Shown: positions 48,214-62,744 of the stretch, piece after piece
How positions within the stretch are numbered: the first letter of the stretch is position 1
How the letters are laid out: every line of letters begins with the position of its first letter
DNA from: Octopus sinensis
Lineage: Eukaryota
Direction of reading: 5' to 3'
NCBI RefSeq assembly: GCF_006345805.1
Contig: NC_043000.1
Span: 114,948,001-115,012,000, forward strand
Length of the DNA stretch: 64,000 bases
Position numbers and translations under genes: made by a program
The notes under the pieces: generated by a model
What the model was told of the DNA's origin: nothing
The model's input: the letters and a program-made list of their open reading frames with translations, nothing else
Databases searched by the model: none

Positions 48214-51200
48214 ATTCAGTTGCTCCAGTTTATGGTTAAAAGTCATTCAAAACATGTCTTCATCACCACCACCCCCTCTCCTCCTCCACCACCACAACCT
48301 TTAAATTATTCAGTGGTGTTTCTTCATTCATGCTGTCTGTGGTGGTGGCACCAACTCTATTGTCTCTTCAGGTAAGACATTCTACCAAAGAACTCCTGCA
48401 ACTTGTCTCTTATCCACCACTTAACACAATTAATTTAGAACTAATTGCTTTAATTTTCTCATTCAATTAGTCCAGAATACCTGGAACAGCCTCACAACTT
48501 GTAATTTCAATTAACTCATATTGCAACTGGTGGACAATAGCATTGAGGTTGCAGCTTTGAATTGGGTTAACCATTGGTTCATTGCTTACCTGGCAGCAAG
48601 AGTGACAAGGAAGTGTATGGGATTTGATGCAGAACAAATATTGCAAGAGGCTTCATTTGAAGAACTCTGGGTTTTCAAGGAGTTTTTGTACTTATGGAAT
48701 GTGTGTGGCCTAGGTGCATGCATATCCAAACAGTTTCTTAGATATAGCTGTTGCAAAAAAGGAGAAAAAAAATGAAAGAGAAGAGAAATAGAGGAAGCTT
48801 CTAGAAAGTCCCCCACCTCAAAAAAAATTATATTTTGGGCACAAAGTCTTGTCTTCAGAAGGAAGCAGTCAAAGAAATGTGTATTTACATAGATCCTGCC
48901 ATTTTGGATAGTCTGGTGCTTCAGTTTACAGCAACTTCCCAAATGTTGGTGCAGTTGGTGTCATAGAGGTCATGTTGGGGATGGTAGTGCTGCTGGTGGT
49001 GAAGACTGGCAGTAGTAGTGTTGGGGTTGGAATTTTTACCTAAAAAGAATGATAGCCCTTTCTTTGAAGAGATAGATTCAAAGAAAATTACTACTTTTAA
49101 ATCTCACAACGTGAGATATTCAGCAACAGTATTTTGCAAAAATATTTCTGACTGAAAATATCATACATGCATGGAGTTAGGATTTTATGCACCCAACAAA
49201 GTATTATTGTTAAGCTGAAACTGTTGTTAATGTAAAAAGAAATGGAACGGAGAAACTATTTCTTCATTTTCTGAAAAAGCAACGTTTTGGACTTACAACA
49301 GTTTTGCATAACAGCAACGATATGAAGTGGTCAGTCATGTTGCCTATAAATATAAGAACTTGTAGAATTGTTGATTTGGATATATATGTAACTTCGAGAT
49401 ATGAGGCTACACCATACTTTTCCCTGTATGGTGACTCAAACTCAGATGACAAACCCCACCTGTTCTTTTAAGGGCCCAGTTCAGATTTGGTTGCTATTTC
49501 TAGCATATTGATCCTCAGCGGCCTGATCTCTGAAATGTTTTTGTTACTATTGTTGTTGTTCTTTAGCCTCAGGTTGCTCTAATCCAGTAGATCTATGATG
49601 AAAGCCATTTTAGCCAAGACCATTCCATCTTCAATTTCAGCCATTGTGTATCTAAGACTACATCATCCAATGTGTCCAATGCCACATTTTTTAAGATGGT
49701 TTGGTATGATTTGGGAGAAATTTGGGAGACATTCAATTAAGCATAGAGGATACCCCACCACCACCACCTTGTTGATTTTATTTGTATTTCTTTAATGAAA
49801 TTTATTTATTATAACCTTTTCATAACTGAATCATGTTGCAGTTATTATTTGTTAACTTTGACTTTTGTACAACTACAGGATATAAACCTACCCCCTGGCA
49901 AAATTTCTCCAGATAAGGTAGGCCCATTTCCAAAAGTGCACAGTGTGTGTATAAACATATATCACCCACATACACCACATTTAAGACCTTGATATATTTG
50001 TGACACATGTAGAATTTTGTTATCCCTCTTCTCCTGCAATGAACCTTTTTTTTTTGTAGCATTGTCCCAGGCCGTATTTAATATAATAATCATGCCTTCT
50101 CCACCTAATGTCTGACTTAAGTAGCATCAGCCAACAATACAGTTATTTCAGTCGATTCCATAAGTGATTAAAAGTAATACTTCTGTCGGTGCTCAAGTTA
50201 GCAGAACCATTAGCAGACTGGGCAAAATGCTTAGTGGTGTTTCATCCATTTGCATGTTCTGAGTTCAAATTCCACTGAGGTCGACTTTGCCTTTTGTCCT
50301 CTCAGGGTCGATAAACTAAGTACCAGTTTATCACCAAGTGCAAAGTAATTGACTTACTCCCTACCCCGAAATTGCTGGCCTTGTGCCAAAATTTGAAATC
50401 ATAATTATTATTATTATTGAGTGAGAGAGCAGTGCATGCCATCAAAGTGACACTGGGGTAAAATATCCCAGTATACCCATCATGACTACCCGTCTGATAA
50501 GGGTACACTAGGCACATGCATCACAACCATATGTGCGCAACATGGTGATCTCGTATCAAGATAAACAGCACATGACCTTGCAGGTGGGGCCCAGTTAGAA
50601 TTTTCTTCTGGTCGAGTAGCCCATCCTGCTCAAAAGGTTCCTGAATAAGGGTTGTTTAAGGATGTTGAATAAACACCCATGTTTCCAGAGGTGAATTATT
50701 CAAATCCCAAAGAATCCCTCTCAACACATGGCTATGTTGCTCCCCAACTACTTCTGCTCGTGATCAGAGATGGACATATTGTCAGCCACTAAGGGACATA
50801 CTCAACTGGTTAAGGTCAAACAACTGACAAGCAAATCTGTGGTATTGAGCAGAATATTTGCTGTAACCCATCTTTCATACCAATTATTATTATTATTATT
50901 ACTAGTCCGCCAAGGTCAACTGCCTGTCATCCTTTCAGGATTGATAAATTAAGTACCAGTGAAATACTGGGGTCAATGTAATCGACTAACTCCCCCCAAA
51001 ATTTCAGCCTTTGTGCCTTAAATAGAAAAGATTATGTAAACTTTGAAAAATGTATATTTTGATGAGATCAAATGTGACCTGTTAAAAATCTAATGGCTTT
51101 TATATTCTGAGGTACAAAATTCTATATGAGCTGAGAGAGCCTCTACAACACTGATTCTCAGCTGGGGTCCATATGATCCCTGTTAAGACATGTAAGACTT

Positions 51201-51900
51201 ATGGGGGTTCGTATGAGCAAAATAGGAAAATACAGTTCTATTTTAAGGGTCCGTGAAAAATTCTGGTTTGGATGCATTTTTGAAAGAAACAGCTAGGTTT
51301 CTTCCTCTAATGTTTTACATAATTCCACCTTTGCAAGTTAATGAGTGAAAAACAAAATAAGAATTTTGGAAAAAGTGTTTATAAGACTAGTTTTTAAACA
51401 TTGAATGACTACGAGTGTCCACCAAAATAGAGTAGTAAAAATGGTTGAGAACTCCTGCTCTTCAGGGACAGTCAACCCACGAGAGATAATGGAATTCTTC
51501 TAAAATCTCTATGCTGACTTGGAGAGTGATTGTTCAGCTGTTGAATAGGAAATGGAATATATTTATCAGACCAGGATACAGCTATGTACCTATAAAATTT
51601 GTAAAATAAAATAAACTTGTTTTGGGCAGAGAGGTAGGTATTGATGTTTTGGAAACAGCCTTTTTAGAGCTGTTTCCAAATGAGAATTTTGTGTGAGGAA
51701 TGTGGAGATCTGTAGACATCAGCTTCAGTAATAACCTTCCATTTCAGTTACTGTTTCTAAACTAAACACCCTTATTGATTTCGTCACAGACTACCAACAC
51801 TTTTCTCTTTTACAGGGCTAGCTTAGGGGGCCTCTATGTAGTTGCTTAATCTATTAGAATTGGTATCCAAATCAAACCTACCAAGAAAAAGCACATTAGT

Positions 51901-53349
51901 TTATATAGTTCTTGATATCCTTTAAAAAAATGTGTGATCATAGAGGGAAAACTTTTGATTGATCCAGAGTTGACCCTCATCCCCTGCTCAAAATGTCTGA
52001 ACTCTCCGCACTTCATGGCACACAAATTATATATTTATCAATTATATTAATTGACACAAACTCATTACTGGCTTATTTGGATTCTATCTTACACAACTAT
52101 CGCTTGACCATCTTCCTTAACCATTGTGGGCAGTAAACCAGTCTTCATCACTACTCTTTCTTTACAGCACTGTTTGACCTTTTTCAGTGACCTATGTGAT
52201 CACCAGTTTTAACTTTTCCATCACTCTCTCTTGCAGAGTTATAATACTGCTTAGTCACTCCCATGACTTTTGTGGTCAGTAAACTTTTGCCTTAATTTCA
52301 ACACCACTCTCTCATATACATTCTTTGTTTTATTTTTCTCAATTTGTTCTCTTTTGACCAATATTTATCCTTGTAACTATTTACCACTTTTTTGCGAGCG
52401 AAAAGTTAAACAAAAATGTTATTGAATATGTTTTTCTTGTATTTTGTCCCTAGTTTCATATTTTTCTTTTATAATCATTTACTTTTCATCGTCATTCTTC
52501 ATTCATCTTCTCTTATTTCATAATCATTTCCTCATCCCCTCTTCCTTCATCAATTTGTCTCCCTATTTTCCTTTCTTTTATAATGTATTTTTCTGTTTTT
52601 AGAAAAACATTGTAGATGGCCTGAAGTATTTTATTTACATGTACAGAACCATTGTGTTACAGAAGGTGAAAGTTATAGTGACTGGACATCAAAACAAAAA
52701 AAAAAAAAACTAAGATTTCGAGATGTCACGTTGGAAATATCTGATTAGTCTTAATATTATGAGTTAAATACTCCTCTTCAAATCATTTCAAGAGTGAGTG
52801 AGAGATAAATTACATGTCCATTTTGCTTGCTGGATCCTTAACTTTTTTTTGCTTTTTTTTCACAATTTCTTTATTTTTGATTTTTGTTTTCATTTTTGTT
52901 TGTTTTTTTTTATTTTTAGTTTCCTGTATATTTTCTCTCTCTTTCTCCTCCACCTCTCTCTATTTCTCTATTTCCCCTCCTACTTCTCTCTCTCTCTCTC
53001 TAGGTCTATGAGATCTACCAGCCAGGACCTAATCTTATTTCACCTAACCAGGTATGCCTCACTGCTGACTGTTCTTTATCCCCCAATTCCTGCTAATCTT
53101 GTTAAGGGTAAGGACCCATATCAAGGACTTTATATAGTTCTTGATATCCCTAAAAAAATGTGTGATCATAGAGGGAAAACTTTTGATTGATCCAGAGTTG
53201 ACCCTCCCCTGCTCAAAATGTCTGAACTCTCTGCACTCCATGGCACACAAAATATATATTTATCAATTATATTAATTGACACAAACTCATCACTGGCTTA
53301 TTTGGTCTCTGTCTTACATAACTATCGCTTGACCAACTTCCTTAACCAA
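51901..53349 (+). repeat. ~220-bp direct repeat pair (51901-52123 and 53130-53349)
   Basis: TTATATAGTTCTTGATATCC...GACCA.CTTCCTTAACCA in both copies. Confidence 0.8.
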
Positions 53350-54489
53350 TGTGGACTTTAGCCTGACTATCCAATTTCCTTTCCCATCAAACTGTACGGA
53401 ATCAGAATGTTTGTAAATATTTTGATCTTGAAGCTTTTAACTGGATTCCTCTCTGGATTGCTTGCTTTCATGGTTTAGTTATGTGTATAACGCTCTCTCT
53501 CACACATGCATAACATGTTCTTTCACACACACACAAACTATTTTTCTTAAATGCACATCAACATGCTTTCTCATACACATAACATGCTTTCTTACACACA
53601 CACACACACATATTCATGATAAAATATTTTCATGCACACTTTATCACCCACGTGACAACTCACTCTTTCTCATAACACATTCTCTCATAATTTCCTCATG
53701 CCAACCATTATAAATACTTTTCAAAGCATACAAGTGCATGGCTAAGTGGTTCGGATATTCAGCTCACAATTGGTGCAGCCATTTGGTTTGCCAGCCCTCA
53801 GTCAAAATCGTCTGACCCATGCTAGCATGGAAAGCGGACATTAAACAATGATGATGATGAATCACATGATCATGAGTTCAATGCATAGCAGTGTGCTATG
53901 TCCTTGATCAAGACACTTTATTTCACATTGCTCCAGTCCACTCAGCTGGCAAAAAAGAAACGTACCTGTATTTCAAAGGACCAGCCTTCTTACATAGTGT
54001 GTCGTGATGAATCTGCCAGTGAACTACATTGTGTTTGCATGTCTGGGGACCACTCAGCCCCTTTTATGTTAATTTCATCAGCAGGCTGTTCTGTTGATCA
54101 GAACAACTTCATCATCTTAACTGATGGAGTACTGAGTATTTCCATTTCTACTTGAAGTAAAGGAGTTTTAATAATTACTTTTTTTCATTTTAACCTACTT
54201 TCAATCATCTGTAAAAATTTAAAAGTAATATTCAGAAATTTATGTACTCTGGGACTTAATGGGTTAATCCTTAAGTTAGCCTTGGTCATCCACTCTTTTC
54301 TTTAAGTACAGTGTATCTTGAATTACATTATCTAATCTTTTAAGATGAAAGGATGTGATGTGATATGGGTTAGGTATCTTAAATCCTGAGATACACACAA
54401 GTAATTCTTATATATGCATTTTCTTTCTTTTCAATCTGCTGCACAAGCAACCAAAAAAACCAACAGTAAACCACCTGAGCTGAGACCCC

Positions 54490-54830
54490 CTTCAGTCATG
54501 ACTGACTGTGGGATTGCACCTAGAAAGTTACCCCCACCAGACACAAGTCCAGGCAAGGTTGTTTATGGAAAACCAGCAGTCGCCCATACATACTGCCCTC
54601 CCCTCTCCACACCAGCAGTGTTATCCAAGGGAAATGCAAAGGGGCCAATACAGCTTGGCACCCGTGACATTGCAACTCATTTCTACAGCTGAGTGAATTG
54701 GAGCAATGTGAAATAAAGCGTCTTGCTCATGAACACAACACGCAGCCCGGTCCTGGATTCGAACTCACAACCTCACGATTGTAAGCTCAATGCTCTAACC
54801 ACTGAGCCATGTGACTTCACAGTAAAACAC
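54490..54830 (-). mobile_element. tRNA-head SINE (further family)
   Basis: Minus-strand head GGCTCAGTGGTTAGAGCATTGAGCTTACAATCGTGAGGTTGTGAGTTCGAATCC; related pieces near 40740, 53870 and 55050. Confidence 0.7.
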
Positions 54831-55639
54831 CATAGTCAGACAATTATAAACAAAACCTTTGTGTGCGTGTGTGTCAAAACTGGCACTCCGTTGGTTATGA
54901 TGATGAAGTTTCCAGTTGATCCAACCAATGGAACAGCCTGCTCATTAAATTAACATGGAAGTGGCTGAATACTCCACAGACACGCATAACCTTCATGTAG
55001 TTCTTAGGGAGATTCAACATGACACAGTGTGACAAGGTTGGCCCCTATGAAATTACAGGTACAACTCATCTTTTTCCAGTTGAGTGGGTTGGAGCAAAGG
55101 GAAATGAAGTGTCTTGCTGAAGGACACACCATGCCTCCGTGAATTGAACTCATGATCTTAGGATTGTGAGCGGAATACCTCTAACCACTAAGCTACATAC
55201 CTACGTGAATGTGTGTGTATATATATATACATACCTTCCACATACCAAGTCTGTGTTCATTACTCAAGTGTCACTAGATTCCATCTCAAACTTTGGTGTG
55301 ATATTCTATAAATATTAGGCCATAAAAATCTTCAACGTTCTTTATAGTTTTTTTACGACTTCTTCAAGTGTTATTGATGTTTTATTCCATGCAATGTTGA
55401 GCTCACTCTGGGGTGATGGTCATGGAATTGAAAACAGGTGCATTATTGTTAGCACTTCTATTATAATCTGCAAACACTTGAACATCCAAAGTCAACACGT
55501 AATTATAATGTTCCCGCTACCAACAAAATTAATTTCTTTATTTCTTTTATTGCTTGAGAAGACCCGGCAAGCCAAATTAGACCATAACCTCATGGCCTAT
55601 GCCAGGGGCATAACCAGCCCACTTGTGCATACCTTTTCC

Positions 55640-56215
55640 TTCTTTGGACACTAAACTCTGCTTGCGAAGACCTGTTGAAGCAAGTGAAATCAAAATGAAT
55701 TTCGATGACTGGCATCCATGCTAGCAGGGTGCATAGAGCACCATATGAGTGTGATCGAGTGGCACATAAAAGGCACCATTCGTGTGTGGTCGTTACCAGC
55801 TTTGCCTTACTGGCACTTGTACCCCGTGCTAGTAGGGTGCTAAGAGCACCATCCAAGTGTGATCGTTGCCAGAGCGGCTAACTGGCTTCTGTACCGGTGG
55901 CATGTAAAAGGCACCATTCAAGTGGGATCGTTAACAGCATCACCTTACTGGAACCTGTGCCATTGACATGGGTAAAAATATTCGAGCGAGGTCATTGCCA
56001 GTACCGCCTGACTGGCCCCTGTGCAGGTGGCACGTAAAAAGCACCCACTACACTCTCAGAGTGGTTGGCGTTAGGAAGGGCATCCAGCTGTAGAAACTCC
56101 GCCAGATCAAGATTGAAGCCTGGTGCAGCCATCTGGTTCGCCAGCCCTCAGTCAAACCATCCAACCCATGCTAGCATGGAAAGCGGACGTTAAACGATGT
56201 TGATGGTGATGATGA
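55640..56215 (+). mobile_element. RTE 3'-UTR/GGAAGGGCATCC-family long copy
   Basis: Parallels 8690-9266; preceded by the RTE tail GAGAAGACCCGGCAAGCC at about 55555. Confidence 0.75.
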
Positions 56216-58484
56216 TTTCACTTTTGTTACACTTCTTTAGCATCTGAAGATCAGTCACATATATTACCTGAATATTGGTTATTTTAGTAACTTGCAAGTC
56301 AAAGCAATTTTACATGCTTCTGTTTTGTCACTGCTTACAAAATAGAGCTTATATCCTGTAATGCTAATCTAAAACTGAAATACATAGGCTTTTCAGGCAA
56401 CAGAGATACCATGTCAGAAAATTCTGTCATTGATGTCATTAGTTTGGTATTTCTCCTCTGTAACTGAACACCTTTCCTGTCACCAAGCACCGTGACATGC
56501 TGCATTTTATCCTACTTCTGACTCCAGAGAAGTTTTAAATTTTTCTTTAAACTGAAACTAAGATAATATCAGTAGAGAAAACATTGTTTAAATTCCACCA
56601 GATACAGGCGTTTTTTTTGGTGACGTACAAATTCTCTGTAACTGCACCTTCGCCTGGTTTAAAAGTATTTCTGTTCAGTCTTAAATTTGCTCCTCAGTAG
56701 ATATGCAAAACTAGTTGTAGCTGTGTGGTAAGTAGCTTGCTTCCTAACTACATGGTTCTGGGTTCAGTCCCACTGCGTGGCACCTTGGGCAAGTGTCTTC
56801 TGCTATAGCCTCAGGCCAACCAAAGCCTTGTGAGTGGATTTGATAGACAGAAACTGAAAGAAGCCCATCATATGGGTTCGACGGTTTGACAAGTTATGGG
56901 ATGTAAACATACTAACATCGGTTGTCAACCAATGGTGGGGGGACAAACACAGACACACAAGCATATACGTACATACATACATATGTATATATGTGTGTGT
57001 GTGTTTGTGTTTGTCCCCCCGCCCACCATTGGTTGACAACTGATGTTAGTATGTTTACATCCCCATGACTTGGCGGTTCAGCAAAAGGAGACCGATAGAA
57101 TAAGTACTAGGCTTACAAAGAATAAGTCCCGGGGTCGATTTGCTCGACTCAAGGCGGTGCTCTAGCATGGCCACAGTCAAATGACTGAAACAAGTAAAAG
57201 AGAGTAAAGAGTAATATTAAATTTCGATAAGCTGAAAAATTTGTTTCATGTATGTCTGAGTATGCAAATGCTTGTCTTGTTATATTTGCTTCCTAACCGC
57301 CTAGAACATATTAAGAAGTTTTTGATATAACAGATAATTAAGTTATTGGAATATACTAGATTTTATAAAAAAATAACTGTAAATGTCTTTTGGGAATTAA
57401 AATCTGGGGAAAATACCTTTTTGGGCATCCATGCTATCAATGACATCATGACAGCATGATCACTGCCAGAGCAACCAACTGGCCTCCATGCCGGTGGCAT
57501 GTAAAAAGCACCGTTCGAGCGTGATCGTTACTTGCGTCGCCTTACTGACACTTGTGCTGGTGGCACATGAAAAAGCATTTGAGCAGGGTTGTTGCCAGTA
57601 CCGTCTGACTGGCTCTCGTACTGGTAGCACGTAAAAGCACCCACTACACTCTCGGAGTGGTTGGCGTTAGGAAGGGCATCCAGCTGTAGAAACTCTGCCA
57701 AATCAAGATTGAAGTCTGGTGCAGCCATCTGGTTCACCATACCTCAGTCAAAACAAAGGAATGGGAGTGAGTGATAGTCAGAGGCAGTAAAGCAGGCAAA
57801 CAGCATTCAAAAGTTTTGCTCTGAAGACACTGGTATTTTAATCAAAATAAAATTGAAAATTTTGGTCTTAAATTGTATTTAGTTTATCAGTTCGACACAG
57901 ACACATACATATATGTGACAGACAAGTGTAACCCTTGTGTCGGAGTTACCAATTGTAGCATATGGACAAGAAGTTACTTGATGTAGAAAGAGCAGTTCTT
58001 GGTCTGCATCAGGGTCGCTAATTGTAGATGGTAGAAAACAAGATGAGACAATGTAATGACATCGGAAAGAAAACAAAAATAATATTCACAGATTTTATTT
58101 GCCGGACATAGTCAGTAGTTGTTTTTAGTGGCAATGACACAATGTGTGTCACTTAAACATTCTCAGTGTATGTTGAAAGCTGTGTGTGGAAGCCAAATTA
58201 TGTGTGTGAGTGTGTGTTTATGTTCAGAAAAGATGGAACAGCTGTATATGCAGATTTTAATTCTGCTCAGTTTCATCACAAATGTGCACCTGTCTTACCT
58301 CTCCACAAACTTGATGCTTATAAACCCTCTGATTTTAATGGCTAAAGGTAAACCAATTTGAGCATTTGTTACGATTTATTTCAATAAAGTGTTTTTGGAA
58401 TCAATAAGGGTGTATTCTTTTAAAAAAACCAGGGTGATGCGTGACTTCTGAGACACCCTGTATATTCTTACAGTGTTTATAATC

Positions 58485-58872
58485 ACGAGCAGTATCGCCC
58501 TGTGTTGCTCGGGTTTGTTTCGACCCTTTAGAATTGGAATTTTTGAAAAGTAAAAATTTTGCATTATGTAGCTTTAAGTGAACATTTTTCTGGTTGAAAT
58601 ACACCGAAAAATGACGACACAGCAGTCAAAAAATTGTAAAAAAAAGAAGTATATTCTTAGAAAAAAAATCACCTTTTTGATGTAAATAAATTTTGGTGTT
58701 AACATGGTCCAATTTGAATTTTTTCTCCTATGGAAGGAAGAGCAATCCTTCTTCCATCATACTCTCAATTTTGGTCAACTTGCACCACAGGGTCTCGGAG
58801 GAGATAGTGTTAGTTGAAGGCTACCAAACCTGCCATACACAGACAACTTCAGCTTTATATATAGAGAGAGAT
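58485..58872 (-). mobile_element. Non-autonomous Helitron
   Basis: Third copy of the 11826 family. Confidence 0.75.
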
Positions 58873-58914
58873 TTATGACAGGCAAGAGACATTAACTGTG
58901 GAAAGAAAGGGTGT

Positions 58915-59369
58915 CAAAATCAAACTCGGTGACTGGCATCCATTGCTTGTGGAGTGCTAAGAGTACCATATGAGTGAGATCGTTGCCAGAGCAACAAGCT
59001 GGCCTTCGTGCCGATGGCACGTTAAGTACACCATTTGAGCATGATCTTTACTGCGTCACCTTACTAGCACTTGTGCTGGTTGCACGTGAAACATTCGAGC
59101 GAGTTCGTCACCAGTGCCGCTGAACTGACTCATGTGCAGGTGGCATGTAAAAAGCACCATTTGGGCGTGGCCGTTGCCAGTACCACCAAACTTGCCCTCG
59201 TGCCAGTGGCACATAAAAGCAACCACTACACTCTCGGAGTGATTGGCATTAGGAACAGCATCCAACTGTAGTAACTCTGCCAGATCAGATTGGAGTCTGG
59301 TTCGCCAGACCTCAGTCAAATCGTCCAACCCATGCTAGCATGGAAAGCGGACGTTAAATGATAATGATG
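58915..59369 (+). mobile_element. GGAAGGGCATCC-family SINE/RTE tail
   Basis: Family motif and ATG-repeat tail. Confidence 0.75.
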
Positions 59370-60041
59370 TATATATGTGTTAGTATGAATATGATAACTA
59401 AGAAGAAAAAATGTGCACAGCAACATTGGAGATGACACTCTAGCAAGCTGAGGTTTTTTTTGTTTATAGATTTAGCTGCACACATGTACCTACCCCTCCA
59501 CACACACACAGTCTTCCTCCCTTCCTCTCTCTCTCTCTCTCCTGATAGCTGCCTCTCAGTGCTGTTCTAATTGTAATTCTTTTGTCCCACAGTTCAATAG
59601 TTAATTAATAGTTAGGTATTAACTAGTAAATTACATAAGCTTCATTGCATGTTTCAGTTACAGCTGTTTTATATTTTGCTGGGTTTTTTGCCATTGTTTT
59701 AACTTCAGGTCCTCTTTCTAACTTCACTACATTGTCTATACATAGAATAGGTTGTGGTTGTTTAATGTCAAAACAGAAACCATTTACTAAATTTAAACTG
59801 AGTTTCATGTATTAAATTTGCATTTTTTATAATGTTTTGAGGTTTTTAGTTTAGCTCTTGAGATCAACTTTTCCTCTTATTTTTCTGGGGCTGAATCGAG
59901 TACCCGTATAGTGGATTGGTACAATCATTATGGCATTGGAAATGATGCCTGCCTGAACTACTCTAGCCATATGAATTCAGAGCTCAAATCCAGCTGTAGC
60001 ATATTTGGGTGGTAGACTATTGCCATCTCCCTCTTTAACAC

Positions 60042-60465
60042 TCATCATCATCATTGTTCGACCGTGGTCGAGACAGTGGAATTTACTATGTTACGCCAGA
60101 CTTCACGGTCCATCATAGCACTACAGAGGTCCCATTGCTGGATGCCTGTATCCCTGGAGATTACATCAAGGTAGGAGAGTGTGTGCCCTCTGGTATCGCG
60201 AGCAGATGGCTTCCAGAGGAGAAGAGTAGAAATTACCTCGTTTTCAGCTCTACAACAATGTCCAGCAAACTGGACTCTTCTACCTTACACAAGAGATGAT
60301 ACAGGTGGTAATTTCCCATATATTTGTACTTTGGTTGGATTTTGAGCTCTCATAAGGAGGCGAGTGTAAGTTCCATCCAACCGCCTCTCAAGCTTCTTTG
60401 ATAATGTCCAGGTTTCTGAGCCACATAGTAGAATTGGCTCGACTGTGGCTTTGAAGATTTTAACA
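60042..60465 (-). mobile_element. LINE (RTE/RTE-X-like) 3' end with (TGA)n tail
   Basis: KIFKATVEPILL.GSETWTLSKKLERRLDGTYTRLLMRAQN...VQFAGHCCRAE...MDREVWR. Confidence 0.8.
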
Positions 60466-61129
60466 CTACTACCCGGCCCTTGACTCCTTTTGATGTGGTC
60501 TAATCCATTGGAAGCATTCAATCTAGGTTTTCAGCTTGAGGATACTTTTCTACCCCACAAAAACCTTACAGAGCCTGTAAAAGGTTCATGGGGCACATTC
60601 TTTCCATCTGATTAAATAGAATTGCCGGTATAAATATGTTTATGTGTGAGAGTGTGTACTTGTATGATTTTCACTAGATTTGAATGTCTGGGATGGCTTT
60701 ATGTAGCTGCATAAAAGTCAAAGTCGACCTCGGCAGAATTTGAACTCAGAATGTAACAGCAGGCGAAATACCACTAAGCATTTCGCCTGGCATGCTAACG
60801 TTTTTTGCCAGCTCGCCGCCTTGAACTCACTACCTTATTATTGTGAACCTGATGTCCTAACCACTGAGCCATGTGCCTCCATATAATGTTAGCATAAGTA
60901 AAGAATAAACAACAGGAAACATTTACTGTTGGAAAGAAATGGTTCTGGATGTGGTCAGGGGTCACGGAGGGGGGGGATTGATGGTGACTATGAAGTGTTT
61001 CACGTGTCTGGAGGTTTGAATAAACCTGTAGACAGGTAAAAAGTTTAACCTGTTTTATATAAGTAGTAATAATACCTACATCCGATTGAACGCTGATGGT
61101 AATAATGGTGGTGGTGGTGGTGAAGGTGG

Positions 61130-61695
61130 TGAGTTGGCAGACATGTTAGCACGCCGGGCGAAATGCTTAGCGGTATTTCGGCTGCCATTATGTTGTGAGT
61201 TCAAATTCCGCCGAGGTCGACTTTGCCGTTCATCCTTTCGGGGTCGATTAAATAAATACCAGTTACGCACTGGGGTCGATATAATCAATTTAATACCCTT
61301 GTCCCCTCTGTGCATAGTAAAGAAATAGGTATTTCGTCTGCCGCTACGTTCTGAGTTCAAATTCCGCCAAGGTCGACTTTGCCTTTCATCCTTTCGGGGT
61401 AGATAAATTAAGTACCAGTTACGCACTGGGGTTGATATAATCGACTTAATCCGTTTGTCTGTCCTTGTTTGTCCCCTCTGTGTTTAGCCCCTTGTGGGTA
61501 GTAAAGAAATAGGTATTTCCTCTGCCGTTACATTCTGAGTTCAAATTCCGCCGAGGTTGACATTGCCTTTCATCCTTTTGGGGTCAATAAATAAAGTACC
61601 AGTTTTGCACTGGTGTCGATGTAATTGAGTTAACCCCTTTGTCTGTCCTTGTTTGTCCCCTCTGTGTGTAGCCCTTTGTGGGCAATAAAGAAATA
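61130..61695 (+). mobile_element. Tandem trimer of SINE family C
   Basis: One head, then bodies starting at 61172, 61328 and 61512. Confidence 0.85.
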
Positions 61696-62744
61696 TTTAT
61701 GGTGGTGGTGGTGGTTATTATGTTCCAGCCCATCCCTGTGGAATGTTATAATATGGCTACTGTATGTGTATGTTTGTTTTAGTATCCATAAATATGTAAC
61801 AGATAGTGGTGTGGGGGTGGGGGGTAATATTAGTATTAAAAGGAAATTGTGGTCGGTCATAACTAGAATTGACAATTGTGGTTTTTGTAGGAGGGGGTGT
61901 TGTCATGGTGGTGACAGAGGCTGTTGTTTTCCTGCTTGTGGTGGTAGCTGAAATACTAGCAGTGGTGAACTTTGTTGCAGTATTGGAAGTAGTAGTGTGT
62001 GTTATGATGATAGTGATGGTGGTGTTGCTGCTTCTCATTTTGCAACAGCAGTGGGGGAGTCAGATGCAGTGGTGGAGGCAGTAGTTGTGGTGGTGGTGGA
62101 AGTTAACAGTAGACAGATTCCTTAGTAATTTTATTTCTCTGTGTAAAATTATTTTCTTTGTCTGTGTGTCCAGGGAAGAAAAATATTTTTATATGGCAGG
62201 TAGACACTGGAATGATGATGATTATTGTGGCTATAATAATGTTTTTTTTTATATCTGGAGTAGAATGGTGATGATGATGATGATTGTCACTGAATAATAA
62301 TAATAATAACAACGATGTTTGCTTTATTAATTGTAGTCGTTATGAATCAGTTTATTGTTAACGGGACAAGACTGAATTCTAACAGCACACACATACCTAT
62401 CTCCCATCATATGTTTTGTTTAACCCCAGGTCAGCCCCTGACCCAGTAAACCTATGATCAAAGACATTCCAGCTATGACTATTTATTTTCTTTTTAGGAA
62501 TATCTACAATGATGTTATTTTTTTTTTATTTCTACATTATTTTTTTTTGACATTTTTGTTTTTTTTTTGTAAGTCACTAAGGTATAATTTGAGACACATA
62601 CTTTGCCATTGTGATGATTGTAATAATAATAATAATGAAGAAAAAGAAGGGGAAGAAGAAAACGAGAAGAGGAGGAGGAGGGGAGAGAAAAAGGAGGAGA
62701 GAGAGAAAACGAGGGGGGAGGGGGAGAAGAAGAAGAAGAATACT

